Assembly: GCA_050084985.1 (NCBI GenBank)
Contig: JBITNC010000001.1
Span: 11,098,001 to 11,162,000, forward strand
Source of the DNA: Nageia nagi
Taxonomy: Eukaryota; Plantae; Pinophyta
Length of the DNA: 64,000 nt
Direction: 5' to 3'
The first letter of the stretch is position 1; every line of letters begins with the position of its first letter. The notes below the pieces were generated by a model that searched no databases, was not told the origin of the DNA, and was given only the letters and a program-made list of their open reading frames with translations. Positions 40,603 to 55,122 of the stretch are shown piece by piece. Both the position numbers and the translations under genes were made by a program.

Positions 40603-43600
40603 TTTCTAACATTTTGACACCTCTGAAAGAGGAATGTTGATGTTCCTTTTTTATTCAAAAGAAGGTCACAGGCAGTCCTCTTCTGCATGTTCTGTGGTTT
40701 CTACCAAAGCACATTCATTTTGAAATTCTTCTCTGAGTTTTGTACTATCTTTCATGGGAAACTCTGCAACAAAACTTTTGACTGCCTGCCCTTTAACTGA
40801 TTTTTATTTCATAAACTTGAGGTCAAACTCCTAAAGTAGCATGATCCATTTTGCTAACCTTCCATTGAGGCCAGGTTTTGACATCAAATATCTTAATGGG
40901 TCTGCTTGAGTAAGTACATGTGTTGTGCTATTGATCATATAATGCCTCAACCTCTTAGTAGCAAATACTATACATTGACATAACTTCTCAATGGATGTGT
41001 ACCTGGTTTCATATTCCTTCAATGTTCTGCTACTAAAATAGATTGCTCTCTCTTTACCATTTTCTTCTTTCTTTGCCAACATTACCCCAAATGCATGTTC
41101 TGTAGCTGAGACATAGAGCCAAAGAGGTTCTTCATGCCTATATGGAACTAATACCGATGGATGTAACAAATTCTCTTTTATTCTATCAAATGCTTCTTGA
41201 CACTTAACATCCCATTTAAACTCAACTTCTTTCTTTAGTAATTGAGACATAGGAGCTATCTTATCTATTAATTGATAAATAAATCTTCTTACAGCTTGAA
41301 TCTTACCTTGAAGGCTTCTCAATTGTTTAAGATTTGTAGGAGGAGACATTTCTTTGATGGCTTTAGTTTTCTTTGGATCCACTTCAACTCCTCTCCTAGA
41401 GATAATATGCCCCAAGAGTTTTCCTAATGATACCTCAAATACATAGTTTTGAAGCTTGATTCTTAACTTGAACTTTTTCATCCTTTCAAATGTTGCTTTT
41501 ATATCTTTGATGTGATCTTATTTATTCTTTGACTTTATCAGGATATCATCTACATAAACCTCTACTATTTTATGAATGAAGTCATGAAACATGGTTGTCA
41601 TTGCTCTTTGATATGTGACCCCTACATTCTTAAGACCAAATGGCATTACCTTGTATAAAAAGTTGTCCTAAAGAGTCCTAAAAGCTATTTTATGCTGATC
41701 ACTTTGATTTTGATTTGATTATATCCTAAAAATCCATCCATAAATGATAACATCTCATAACCTGCCAAACTATCAATGATCATATCTATATTGGGTAGTG
41801 GGAAGTCATCTTTTGAACATGCTTTATTAAGATCTCTAAAATCAGTACATACTCTAATTTCACTTGTAGGTTTCTTTACTGGGACTACATTGGCCATCCA
41901 CTCTGAATAATCAATGGATCTAATAAAACTAGGTTCCAATAGTTTCTCTATTTCCTTCTTAACTAGTAAAGAAATCCGAAAAGGTATCTTCCTTGGTTTT
42001 TGCTTTATAGGAACTGCTCCTTTCTCAACAACCAAGTTATGTACCACAAAATTTTTATCTAATCCAGACATATCTTTATATGACCATGCAAATAATTCAG
42101 AATAATCATGAAAGGATTGAATCAACTCATTTTGTAAAGGTTCCTCAAGAAGCTTAACCATTTTTAGGAATTATGGTGTCTCTTGAGAACCAATGTTGAC
42201 CTACTCTATCTCTTCATTCAACCAAGTCATTTCTAATTTTGATGATGTGGGAAATGGTAATTCTTCCAACCCTTAGATTTTATCCTCCATAGATTCACCA
42301 AAGCAAGCATGTACATCTAAATAGTGTTTGTGAGTCCTCTTTTCATGCCTAGATGGATATTTAGTTCTAGCACCTATAGATTCTAAAAAAGTATCACCAT
42401 TCTCAAACAAGTCTATAACATGTATTACATCTTCATCATCTATTTCACATTCAATAACAAATCAATTTTGATAATCTCTTACCCATTCATCTTCTTGCGT
42501 TAATAACGAACGACTAACCTCACCTTGTGATAATTTCTATGATACAAAATAATCCAATATTTGTTTTCCTTCATGATTTCTTCTAAAGAGGACCATTGAT
42601 GGTATTCTTGGATCCCAAAGGATTGCAGGTGATCCTTTACCTGAGCCTCCTACCATCCATCCAAATCTCTCTCTAGATTGATATTATTGATATTTGTGAT
42701 AGTGTATGAACCAAATTTCGATATCTTTGACATTGATTTTCTGTAATGCTTTTCTATAAACTTGATCATTCTTAGCTAGAATAGCCTCATCCTCTACATC
42801 ATACGGAATAAATCTATCAAAGATAACATAATTGCATTACTTGGCTATTTGCTCATCTACTTTTACCTTGTAAACATTTCCTTTAGCACAAAATTTGAAA
42901 CATCTATGCAAAGTGGATGCTACTCCTTCCATGTCATCTATCCAAGGTCTTCCAAGAATAAAATTAAAAGGTTTTCCATCTATAATGTAAAAGAGGGTCT
43001 GAAGCACCTTATTTCCCACTTTGATTGGAAGTGTGATGATTCCTGCTCATTTCTTTGGAACACCATCAAACCCCTTAACCCTCATGGTAGTGTCTTCTCT
43101 TGAGGTAACAAATCTAGATCAAACTATGAAAGTAAGTGAGTGGTGGTAATATTCAAAGCTACCCCACCATCTATCAATGATCTTTTAACTGTCTTACCAA
43201 ATATTTTCACTTCAATAAATAATGATGGATGTAACCAGGTCACATCCTTGCTAGGTCTTTCACTAGGGTGAAAAGTGATAACATCCCCTTTACTCCATAT
43301 TTTTGCCTTTTTCATAAAAGCAATGATTGAGATGTTCCTATCTATCTAACTATTCTTGAAAATTTGATTCATCATTTCTCTATGAAGTTCTAAAATTTGA
43401 AGTAATTCAAACAAACTAACTTTTGCTTGTGTGTTCTTGAGTTGCTCAATGAGGTCAAAACTTCTTGGATCTTTAAGAAGCTCTTTTTTGCATGTGACAA
43501 GATTTGTTACTACTCTTGATCTTCCTCTTGTAAGTGTTGCACATATTTCTTCATGAAAAATTATATTGACATGCTGCTTTTTCTCTATATCTTTAACTTC

Positions 43601-44773
43601 AGTAGGGCAAACATAAAATCCATCCTTTATAAGCCTTTGTATTTTGTTTCTTAGGCCTCCACACCCATTAGTGGCATGCTCCTTGGTTTGATGATATTCA
43701 TAATATTTGTCTTCCTTGTACCTGCTAGCCTCTCTGCTGATTCATCTTCCTCTCTCTTAGGTAAAGGTTGTAATAATACCTTTGCCATTAAATTTTTAAG
43801 ATAAACCTGGAAGGTATAGGAAACATTATGAATTTCCTTTCTTTCTTTTCATCTACCTTTTCTGCCACATGAATGGATTTATCTTTCTTTGGAGATTGCA
43901 GCTTCTTTTTTAGCCCTAGGTTTGTCAGCATCTCGATAATTCACAAGCCCTAATTTCATAAGGACTTTTTCTTTTTCCAATAGCTTATATGTCATATCAG
44001 AAAATGCTAGATGTGTATAATCAATGATATAAGATTGTAAGGATGATATGATAGCATCCTTGAAAATGTTGTTTACCTCTTTTTTAGTAAGCTTTATTTT
44101 AATTTGTTGCCATGTCTTCTTGAATCGTACAACAAACTTTTCAAGACTCTCATTATTGCCTTGCCTTATAGCACATAGATCCGAACCGTGACTTCATGCT
44201 TGATATAATGTTTATACTATTTTAGAAATAAGTTGCTCGATTCTCAAAATGATGTAACTAACCTTTCCAGTAGAGCATAAAACCATTCACGAGCCTCTCC
44301 TTCCAAACTATGAGGAAAGAACTTCACTGTAATCTTGAATCCACACTTATTTTGAGCTCACACTCATTTTAAACCTTTGCAAATGTCTCCTAGGATCTCT
44401 TTCCCCATTGAACTTACAAAATTTGGGATCTTTATAATCTGGTGGTGGCATGCATACATGGATCTCATCACATAGAGGACTACCAAACTCAATTGAATTA
44501 TCTAGTTGAACTAATCCTATTACTAATTGATTAATCTATCTTTGCATACCCTCAATAGTAGCTTGAATGTTATCATTGTTACTTCCATCACCATGTTCGA
44601 CTTCTTCATTAGGTACTTTTGGTCCATCACGTTGAATATCTCCCAAGAGCTCATCAAGATCTCTTCTCGAAATACTTCACAAGAATACTCTTAACTGATC
44701 CATGTCTAAAACAACTTACAAAATTATTTATTAGTCCTAACTAAAACCCTAAGGTTTTAGTACAACTACTTAT

Positions 44774-44793
44774 GATTCACGTTGGGTTCATCA
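44774..44793 (-). promoter_or_regulatory. Primer-binding site complementary to tRNA-Trp
   Basis: Plus strand GATTCACGTTGGGTTCATCA versus the recalled plant tRNA-Trp 3' end GATTCACGTCGGGTTCACCA (2 C>T mismatches); 3 nt from the LTR. Confidence 0.75.
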
Positions 44794-44796
44794 AAA

Positions 44797-45574
44797 TGTT
44801 TACAAATAAAATGTATTCAAGAATGCAAATAATTGAAATATCTATAATCCTGAAAGATACACATCTATTTGTAAATTCTGAGCTAATAGATAGCAATTTA
44901 TAATAAGATAATCTGATATAGAAGATAGCCAATAACTAGAATTGAAATGACATAACCAAAAAAGATTGAATTTGCGTACTTACCTCATAGGGCATACCTG
45001 ATATGGATGAATAGAAGATACTGATAAAGCTTCAAAATGAATAGAGTCTACACCTGAAGTTGTGAAGTAAGATGATCCAAAAAGAGGGTTGCAGGTGATC
45101 TATTTCATGCTCAAAAGGAGCATCGATGGTCTGCTTTCATCTACAAGGAGCATTGACGATCTTGTTAGACTATGTCCATTCTGAACCAACTCTATACCTC
45201 CATGAATCTCAATTGTCTCAATTTGACACTTAGATAAGCTTAGAATTGTTAGGATGCTTGCATAAGGAAGTACACAAACCCAACCTTGAATGGCAGTGTC
45301 AAGAGACATCTAAAGGACTACCATCATCAAGACCAAATATGAGATCCTATATCTCCTTGATGTGGACTTACTATTAGATCCCTATTTATAAAGATAATAA
45401 TATGACCTACTCCTTAGGTTGGCATGTACCTACATAACAAGAACATAGTAAGTTGATGATATATATTGATCATATCATATATAACATAAATATTCTTGAA
45501 CTAGACATATAAGTGCTGGCACATATTTCCTAATGTATTAAATTAAATGTATAAATTAATTATATGCAATAATA
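44797..45574 (-). repeat. 5' LTR of the Tat element
   Basis: Colinear with 37180-37966; adjacent to the PBS. Confidence 0.93.
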
Positions 45575-46599
45575 GAGCCTCTCAAGAAGAAGGATTAAGG
45601 AGTAGAAATGACCTCCAAGATGTTTAAGAGGAGCCTCCAAGAATGGTTATAGATACCAATTGAGAGAACACATCTATTAAGCCTTAATTCCTATACCAAT
45701 ATCACTTGAAATCTTTCTAAAATATCATCATATAACATAAACAAGATAGCCAATCTTAAAAATTTGACACCAATATAAAGTGGTTCCTCTAACCATGGGA
45801 GTACATACACTAATCTAAGATCTTATTCTCAAAGATAACTCTCTTACAACTCACTTTCTTACTTCTCTTACAATCTAAATAAAAGCATAACTTCACTACA
45901 AATTTGAGTAAGTAATCTCAAAGAGAAGGCCTTCTATTTATAGGACAAAATCCTTCCTTGGATCACCCTTTTATCTATTATACAATGTTATGAAATGCAT
46001 CACCCTTTTACCCAAGCGGCATGCTCATGAGATGGAGTGTAAGACAAGTTATATTATCATATTCAAAAATACTTAAAAGGTATCTACATATACTTTTATT
46101 TATTAGTGAATTTACATTGTCATATTCATTAAATACTTAAAGTATCTAGGGATTCCCTTAAGGATTAAGTGAATTACATTAAGAGACCTTACAATAATGC
46201 ATTATACATTCCAAAAAGGCATTTTGAAATCCATCATGCATTGTCATTGATTGGAGGGAATGGGTTGTAGGTCCCATCCATCATTGGCATGAAAGGGATT
46301 GCTATCCTTATTTGTATCATTACCTCATTTGGTTGTAGGTTGGATAAGAGTGGAAGGATAAAACCAACCATGCTACACAAAATTATCATTACTGGCTAGA
46401 GCACCCTAGTCTACTAGTGGAGCATCTGGCCCCAACATATTCCATCCATCAAATTTACAAGAAGAGATAGCCCTCATATCATTGAATTGCTTGTGCACTA
46501 GTGAAGGTTGGGATCAATAGGAGTTTGCAGGATATGAATGAACATGCAATAAAGGATATTGATGCAAGAAGTATTGTAAGCATTCTTGTGATAAGTGTC

Positions 46600-49500
46600 T
46601 AGGGGAAAATTAATTGATAGCACATGAAATTTTACCCCAATAATCCAATAATATGTGTAGGTGAACCAACACTACTTCAACCTTATACGCTTGGTTAGAA
46701 ATTTATAGACATACATCATAAAAAAAACTTCCAATTTTTCAAAAAAGAGAAAATTCCATTAAAGTTTCTACATTTTTAAAGATAATCTTGTTATTGGATT
46801 TCTAAATATGAAAGAGCAAGATAACTTTGAAAATCTATCAAACCTCCCATAGGGGAAGAGTGAGAGTGAAAGAGTTTCCTAATAAAGCAAGTTGGCATGA
46901 AAAGGAAATAGGCATGAAATGGAAAAAAATAAGCTATCCATTTCCATGCAATTTTGTAATATCTACAAGACCAAAAGATATGCATAGTGACTTAGGTTCA
47001 TTACAAAAAGGAAACCTAGGGCGAATAACTTTTAGTTATGGCAAACGGGAGCCAAGGGGGAGACCCTAATCTAGTATTAAACTGCATGCAAAAAAAGATT
47101 TCTTAGGCTGAAGATAAGATGACCAAGAATAAAGGAAATAGACTTGCCATCTGGAATGTTTGGAAATAAGGTCCCACTTCTCATTAAGTTTAGAGATCAT
47201 AGGTAAGGTTGAAAAAAGCCAAGCATAACTAAGACTAGCTTCGTAATTGAGAAGGGGAGTGGCAACATGCTTAGCCTAGTCTTTCCACCATGGAATTTGA
47301 GAGCGCAAACCAATTTTGTGTAACATAGAAAAGGGTGTAAGGTCCCTAATAGTATCATATGTGGCTTTATCCACACTACCCAACTGAAAAGTGTGTTTGA
47401 AATCCTCCTAGGGATATAATCCTACGTATGTATAGAGAAAAAAATTGCAATTGTAATAATACCTCTTTTAAAACACTGCTACACATGAATCCATTGAATC
47501 TATGTTAGAGGTGTACCTAGATGGATGAGGGAGGGCCATTGAATGTTAAGGATTTTAATGGAAAGGCCTTTGTGAAAATTTATACCTTTCCATTTTATCT
47601 ATAGATGAAGTTGTTGCCATGCCTTCCAAATATGTTTGATCATGAAAGATATAGGTATTTTGATAAAACCAATGATGGAAAGTATATACCTGCCCATGCC
47701 TTATGCTTAAAGGGTAAACTAAAAGAGATAAAATGATGCAAACATATTTTCTAAGATTTTGAATCCTGAAGGGCTTGAACAACCCATTTTGTAAAAAGGG
47801 CAATTCCTTTTCATTTAAAATTAAAAAGAGCCATTCCACCTGAATCTTTGGGAAAGTAATAAATATCCCAAGCAACTTTGTGAAACCCTTTTATTTATAA
47901 TCATTTATCCAAACAAAGTCCTGTAAGAGTTTCTCAAGCTTATTATGACAAGCTTATGAGGGGACCCAACATGATGAGTAATAAACATGAGTTAAGCAAT
48001 AAATTTGGAGCAAATTTGAAATTTTCTTGCTAAAGATATCTTGTTATATATCTAGTAGTCAAGTTTCTTTTCCACCTTATTAACAACATAATACCATAAT
48101 GGTGAAGGTGATTCTTGAAAGGAAAAGGGAATGCTAAGGAATCTGAATACTTTCCCTAATGAAATATAATTCCATTGGAATCATGTGAGCTAAGAAGTCA
48201 TAGGAAATAAGGATTATTGATAACAAGAAGTTTTTCTCCATTGAATACTATAATTAAAGGATTTATAGAATATATCCAAATAGCTAAGAGCTTTAGATAT
48301 AGAATATCCATTTTTGTGTAAAGTAATAAATGAGTCATCTACAAAATGACCATTAATAAGCTATCATGAATTACCAAGGAGAGAAATATCCCAAAGCCTT
48401 ATCATAAAAGCATGATTTACAATAAGGTATCCAAAGGCTTTTACTACCAACACATATAAGGAGTGTGCAAGGAGGCATCCTTGGTGAATATATCTATGGA
48501 GCCCAATAGCTTTGATTTGGAAATGGTTCAAAGAAAGTATGCCTAAAGCATCAGGGATAACATCTGCATAGTTTGAACAAAGTGTTAGCCAAAGCCAAGA
48601 TCTTCCAATATAGAAAGAATGAAAATCCATTTAATGTGATCATAGGATTTTTCAAAGTCTATCTTCATAAAGAGAGCATTTTGATTGGATATTTTGGTCC
48701 ATTATATGCCTTCCCAAATAACAAGCACATAATTAATTAGGATGTATCTATTTTTGAATAAAACTAGTTTGTTCTAGATGAACAATATTGGGAAGTAGAG
48801 GCCAAAGCCCGAGGGCTAAAGCCTTAGCAATTATCTTCTAGTTGACATTCAATAAGTTAATAGATTCCTAATTAGTGATTAACTATGGATCTTCTTCTTT
48901 AGGGATATATTTAATATTACCTTTATTTATAATTGACCCTAGAGAACCAATTTGCATAGCTTCAAGTTATACCTTGTGCAAGTCAAGGTCAATCAAATCC
49001 TAACAAGTAATTTAGAATTCAGAAGGGAAACCATCAAATATGGGGCCTTATCATCTACCATCTAGGAAAGGGCTTCCTCCATCAGTTATACTAAAAGGAG
49101 CTTATCATACTATTCTCATTGAGAGGGAGAAAGACAACTAAGAATGACATATTTACACATTTGAAGAGCATGTTATCTTGCATTAGTATAAGGCTAAGTC
49201 ATAACCATCTAGGTGTAATGTTTGTTAAAGATTTGGCAATCTAAGGAAAAGAGATATGCCATAACCCATTCACCATAATAAATTTAAATTATGTGGCTTG
49301 TCATAGGGATATTAATATTTGAAAAAATTCTTTAGTGACCCAAATGACTAATCTTTAAATAATGAAGTTTGGCTTTGATCTAGGCTCCTTTAGCTTCTTA
49401 GATTTCCACCAACTTAAGCTCATATCTTATTCGAACAACATGAGATTATAATTGGTGACTATAAGGGTTAGCTTCACGCTGAGTGGAAGCTTTGGGTAAT

Positions 49501-51800
49501 GCTTATTGAAGGAATGAAGAGGGCATCATTCCACAATAAGCAACCTTCTTACCTAGATTGCAAAGCAAAGTACTCATACAGAAGAGGGTGTTGTTCCACC
49601 ACTCAATACTTGTGGGATGAGAAACAAAGTTTTAGATTCTTTGTATGTGAAAAACCATTACTTCATACTAGAGGAAGAAAGTATTTAGAAAGAACTATGT
49701 CTTATAATGTCTTTGAGGTAGAAGAGAAATCTCTACCTTAAACATTATGGCCATGTGGTTAGAAGAAATCATGTTGGGAATAATTTTGAAAAAGGGTGAG
49801 AAGAGAGATGTAAAGTGAATACAAATTCATGATGATCAAACAACATAGTCTATTGATCCTCTCAAGGATTATTGCATGGCCAACTTGAAAATTAGACTAT
49901 GTATACCATAAATATTCAGGAAATTGATTTCCTAAAAAATAAGCATTAAGATATGACAATCTAAGCATATTTTTCATAAAAAAAAATCATACTTATATTT
50001 ACCCAATAACCCACTTATTGGGAGTGGAGCCTTTTTTTATCAAAGGTCTTTTCAATCATATTAAAATCTTTGCACATGAGCCAGATAATTAATGGTAATG
50101 ATAGAGCATACCATTTCTAAAGAGTGCATCTATTATGGGCATCATATGAGGCATAAATATTGATAGTACCAAATGATATTTAACTTATATCAAAATCCAA
50201 ATTGCACGATGAGTGGGGTTAGTTCCAAAGGTGATAAAATTATCTTTCCACTTGTTAGCTAATATAATGACAACACCTCCACAACCATGGGGGTGATTAA
50301 TGATGTACATTTCACTTTTAGGCCAAAAAAGAGAACATGTACATTGAAGTGTGCAATATGTTGCCTTAATGTTTTGTAAACAAACAAAATTAGGATGATT
50401 ATAAAACTTGGTACAGAAATAAAGTCCTTATGGACCATTTATCATCAGATTGGGTCCATTAGTTCTCTAACATTCCATGAAAAAATATCATTCTGGTATG
50501 TTGAGAATCATACCTTCTTGTGTCTTAAAATATGATCGAGATGTGATAGCATCTAGAAATAATTACTAGTAAAACTTTCTTGAGATTTATTGGGGAAACT
50601 TGTTTGCCTTTATTATCTACTTGAATTGGTATAATTCCTCAAGGAGGGCTATGGGACCATCGACCTTGAGTTTGAGTATGGATATTACCTTTGATTATTG
50701 AATGACTGAAGCCATAAGAGGAAGTCCCTCTTCATCAAGAAGGTCTCATATCTCTATTGAGACCAAAGAAGGTGGTAGGGAGGGAGTTTGGACTTCTAGA
50801 GGAGGCTTGAGGGCTGTCACTTGAGCATATCTCTAAGAGGGTTGTCCCATATTAACAATTTTTTCCCCTTTTATCCTTTCTTATTTGTAATAATTTATCA
50901 TTCCTTTGAGTTCCCATGAATTGGTTAAGGGTGGTGGGAGCTAGAGTAAACAAACATGGTCCTTTGGATTTGAATTTATCTACCATTAACGATCAATTCT
51001 TGATTCTATGAGATATCAACTAGAATGTGTAACATATGTTGAGGATATTAACATACATCACCCTCTAGTGAATATGGGCATATCTTACCTAAATATACAT
51101 ATACTCTTTCATATAGTAAGGTCAACTTTAACATATATTCAATGAGTGGTATAAGCCTCATAGGAATGTGTCAATTTAGCACAAATAAAATCTTCTATGG
51201 AGAGAAGTTAGGTTTTACAAAAAGGTCACACAACTAATAAGAGTCCTAGGAATTTAACTCGTGCGAGGAAAATAAACAAAATGTCATTAAATATATTGAA
51301 ATCGCTAGATCATGGCTAGGAAATAAGAAGGGTACTATAGACATAATATGGACCTTTTCTAAGAACTTGTTGGATCTTGGTAAGGTTAAAAAAATGAAAG
51401 TGAAAAAACCCTTAGTAAGGTTTTGAACATGCTCAACTTTTTGGATGCCATAGGGGCATCAGTATTATTCTATCTAATTTTTCATTATAGAGTTTGAGGG
51501 AATACGTCCCAAAAAATACCTTATTAAGATATAACTTGAAAGCCAATCACATGCTTGACTAAAATCATTCGAAGGAATAATAAGGTCAAGGGAGGAGTTA
51601 CCTCATGGAACACCTTGGGGACAAACTTCTGAGGGTGTTTATTTGTAACTAACACCCATTTCTTTCTCCAACAACTTCAACAAAAGATGAAGTTGTATAT
51701 TGATCTTGCAATATCATAAATGCAAGTTAATCTACCTGAGGTGGAATAAATGAAAGAGGAAAAATCATGATGTAGAAGCAAATGATCTCATACACTCTCC
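46600..51800 (-). mobile_element. Degenerate L1-type LINE (ORF1 and ORF2 EN-RT-zinc finger)
   Basis: ORF2 start MIFFSWNVREL at 50491; RT motifs IDFEKSYDHI (~48650), HQGCLLAHSLYVLV and FVDDS (~48335); HIFWSC zinc finger (~46980); ORF1-like YFLGRIPS...NLTKGFFTF (~51400-51530). Boundaries are approximate. Confidence 0.85.
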
Positions 51801-54029
51801 AAGAGAGGACAATATGAAAAAATCCTTTAAAACCTAATGATGCATGCAATTTTACTCTCTCTCAACACTCCATAAGTTTTTAAATGATATAATTTGATAA
51901 ATTAATATTAATATTTTAAAATTAAAGATTAATTGATAAGAAAAAAGATAGATTTGTTTTTTTAGAAAAATAAGAATATCTTGGTTCATTGGTTGAGTTA
52001 TTAGGATTTTTGAACATCCACCAAGATTTTGATCTTTGCATCACATTACAACAATAATGTTGGTGCTTTGTGATGATATTATACATTATGTTAAAGTGTA
52101 ATGATGATGCAATAAAATGTTATAATGAAGATTTGTGATGACATTATATTTGATATTAAAATGTAGTGATTATTATAAAATGTAGTGATGATTACAAAAA
52201 ATATTGTCATGATATAATACATGATGTTGAAATGTAGTGATGATTGTAAAATATGTGGATTGGGTACAAAGTAATGATATAGGGAAGTATAGTTATAATT
52301 GTGCAATATCCCAGTTAGGTGAATGCCCAAATATTAGCAAGTTCTATACTTACCAACAACAAAAAAAGTATTTTTCTATTTTTAAATCATGATAAGAAAT
52401 AATTGTGATATCATATTATGGTAAAGTATCTTTAAGCATTATCAAGCATATTCAAATTACATTATATGATATCTCTTTTAATTTTATGCATTTCAACAAT
52501 TTTATTATTCAAGGTCAAACATATGGTATATATGTTTGATCCTTCTATCAAGGAAGTTCATTTTTTAGAGGTAAAATAGGTAAGCACTCATTATAATTTG
52601 TTAATGAGAAAATTAAATAATAGGTTATGAAAGAGTCTGAAGATCTTTAAAGCTCCAAAAAGATGACATTATGGTTCAACCTCATGGATGATATAATTTT
52701 TAGAAATTAATAATCATAATAAGCAACTAATTGTTGCATTTTTTATATTTAACAAATGAACTATCATTTATTTGGTCATTTGATATGTATTTATGTTTAT
52801 ACTTCACTTCATTATTTATCATAAATTATCTATCCTTTTGATATAAAATATAGCTTAGTTTTAGTAATTAGGTAATTTGCTTTAAAATCCTAATTTCAAA
52901 TAGGAGTTAGCACTTTTTTTAGCTTGATTTATTTTTATGTCTAATTTTTCATTCTTTAATTTGTGATTGAAAACTAAGTCCAGGCTATCATCAAATGCCA
53001 AAAATATATCACCCCTAAATTTTTTTAGAAAATGTTAGAGGCATAGATGAAAGAATTAAGAATGGCATATTATGAAGATGATGATAAAATAATAAGAAAT
53101 CATAAATCATGAAAATAAGGAATATGAAAATAGATATAACATCTCAACAAGAGAAAAGAAATATAAAAAATCAATATACCTAGGAATACAACAATGCTCA
53201 AAAATATTATAAGAGTCTAGTTTGATCAATAACATAAATACCATCTTATTATTGTAGGATTTAGGATTATTAAATAAATCTTTTTCAATTGGTTCCTTAG
53301 TTATTTACCACCCACAAAATCCATCCATTATACCATCAATTATTAAACAAATAACTTTGTATCCTTCTCTTTCACAAAATCAACCTAATTGTTGTAATGA
53401 AATAATTTAGCACATAAGGAAACTGAGCATCAAAATTCATATTCACATCCAATATATCAATAGAAGAATAATAATATAATATAATTATTAATAAAAAATT
53501 TAAAACTATTATATTAGATAATAAATCAATAATGCCAACAACTTGGGTTGAGGTATGTGGACATAGGCAAAGGTTTGTGTAAAGAATATCATAAGTGTGG
53601 TAACCAACTACACTAAACATTATATTCTATATAACAATGAGTGCTTGATTATTAGATATATGAATCCTACTAATTGGTTACCTTGTAGAAGAAGAGTATG
53701 GTATGTGATTTTCCATATCTTACTTCTCCTACTAATATTTATTCTACTTGCATATTATGAAAACAACATAGAATTCCTTTTGAGGCTAGCATATACAGAT
53801 CCTAAATAATGATTTACATTAATAAATACAAATTTACAATATAACATGTAAATAACTTATCAAGGCTTCCTGAATAACACAAAGAAAGTGTGCACTTGAT
53901 ATGAGAGAAGAAATCCTCAAGATTTAGTACAATTATGTAGAGGATTGGATTGAATCTAGGATGAAGCTATATGGATATTCAATGATTCATATCTATACTT
54001 TATGTCCTTCAAATCTATCACTCTAGATC

Positions 54030-54539
54030 ATAAAGAAGCATGATATGGATGTTGTGTCAATAATCACCTTACTTCATGCATGATGTGAGTTTTAGTAATA
54101 TTAGGAACAAGGAAGATAATAACATGTAACATATGCTCAAAATATAACAAATTCTTATATAGGTGACATTGAGAGACACTGTTAATGTAGTGTGATGTAT
54201 GGAAAATTACCTATCAGAGAGATCTGCAAGGGGGTATTATGTTGTGGTCCTCCTTTTATACTTGCAAAGATATAGAAGAGAATGAGAATTAACTTTGAAA
54301 TAATAATAATCACCTTAATAGAATTATAAAAGAATATGCAATATTAATGATATTATCAAGATAATTCTAGATATAAACATGATTAAGATATGTTAGTCCT
54401 GATTAGCACATGTTTAGCATATAATTAGCACATTAATATTGATATTATGGATATTTGCATGATTTAAATAATATATAGTTTAGATACCTAAAATATAATT
54501 CATTAATATATAAGAAATTATTTTTAGGTGGATACAACA
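54030..54539 (-). repeat. LTR-like repeat, inverted partner of 57523-58036
   Basis: Starts TGTTGTAT on the minus strand; its reverse complement aligns with 57523-58036. Confidence 0.75.
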
Positions 54540-55121
54540 TACATCATGCTAATGAACCTCTTAGTATGATTCATTGTGATCTACATAAACCCATAAATGC
54601 TAGCCACACAAGCATTAAATATTTCTTATTGTTTGTTGATGAATGTTCTAGAAAGATGTGGGTGTATTGCTTGAGAAAAAATGATGAGACCTTTTGGTAT
54701 TTTAAAGATTTTAAGGCTCATGTGGAGAATGTTATTATTCATCATATCTTTGTCCTCTATTTAGATCAAGGGAGAATATATACCAAATGAGTTTTATGCA
54801 TTCTTTAAAGATAATAAAATTCAATGACAATTGATCACACAATACACATCACAACAAAACAAAGTTTTTAAATGATGAAATTACAACATTATGGAGATGA
54901 TAAGAAGCATGTTGAAAGATGCAAAGGTGAATGCAAAATTTTGGGTCAAGGCAGTAAGGAATACAATATATTTTCTAAGTAGAGTACCTATAAAATCTCT
55001 TGAGTGGATGACTCCTGAAGAAGCATAGTTAAGGGTGAAACCATCCATCTCTCATATTTGAGTATTCGGTTATACTATCTATAGTTAAGGGTGAAACCAT
55101 CTATCTCTCATCTTTGAGTAT
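54540..55121 (+). pseudogene. Copia integrase core fragment
   Basis: IHCDL...KYFLLFVDECSRKMWVYCL...LDQG; TPEEA...KPSISH. Confidence 0.88.
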
Positions 55122-55122
55122 A

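Larger units (their letters stand above)
37180..45574 (-). mobile_element. Full-length degenerate Ty3/Gypsy Tat-clade element (gag-PR-RT-RH-aRH-INT)
   Basis: LTRs 37180-37966 and 44797-45574; TSD GAACC/GAGCC. PR (SLIDGGVALN), RT (RVCTDFRDLNKACSKDDFPLP, YVDD), RH (PLWLYVSA), second RNase H, INT (HGGACGGHF, WALDFMG, YPQGNGQAE). PPT AAAGTGAGGCATC. Confidence 0.95.
33463..46216 (-). mobile_element. Ty1/Copia long-leader family copy B, interrupted by the Tat element
   Basis: 5' LTR 45661-46216; PBS-like sequence at 45647-45658; leader block 34750-35340 homologous to 920-1500; gag ATG at 34426; protease start (DWIFESRCTNHM) just before the gap. Confidence 0.88.

Noticed and set aside
52050-52330. 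79-aa ORF in a GAT/TAA-rich tract
   Set aside because: Degenerate low-complexity sequence.
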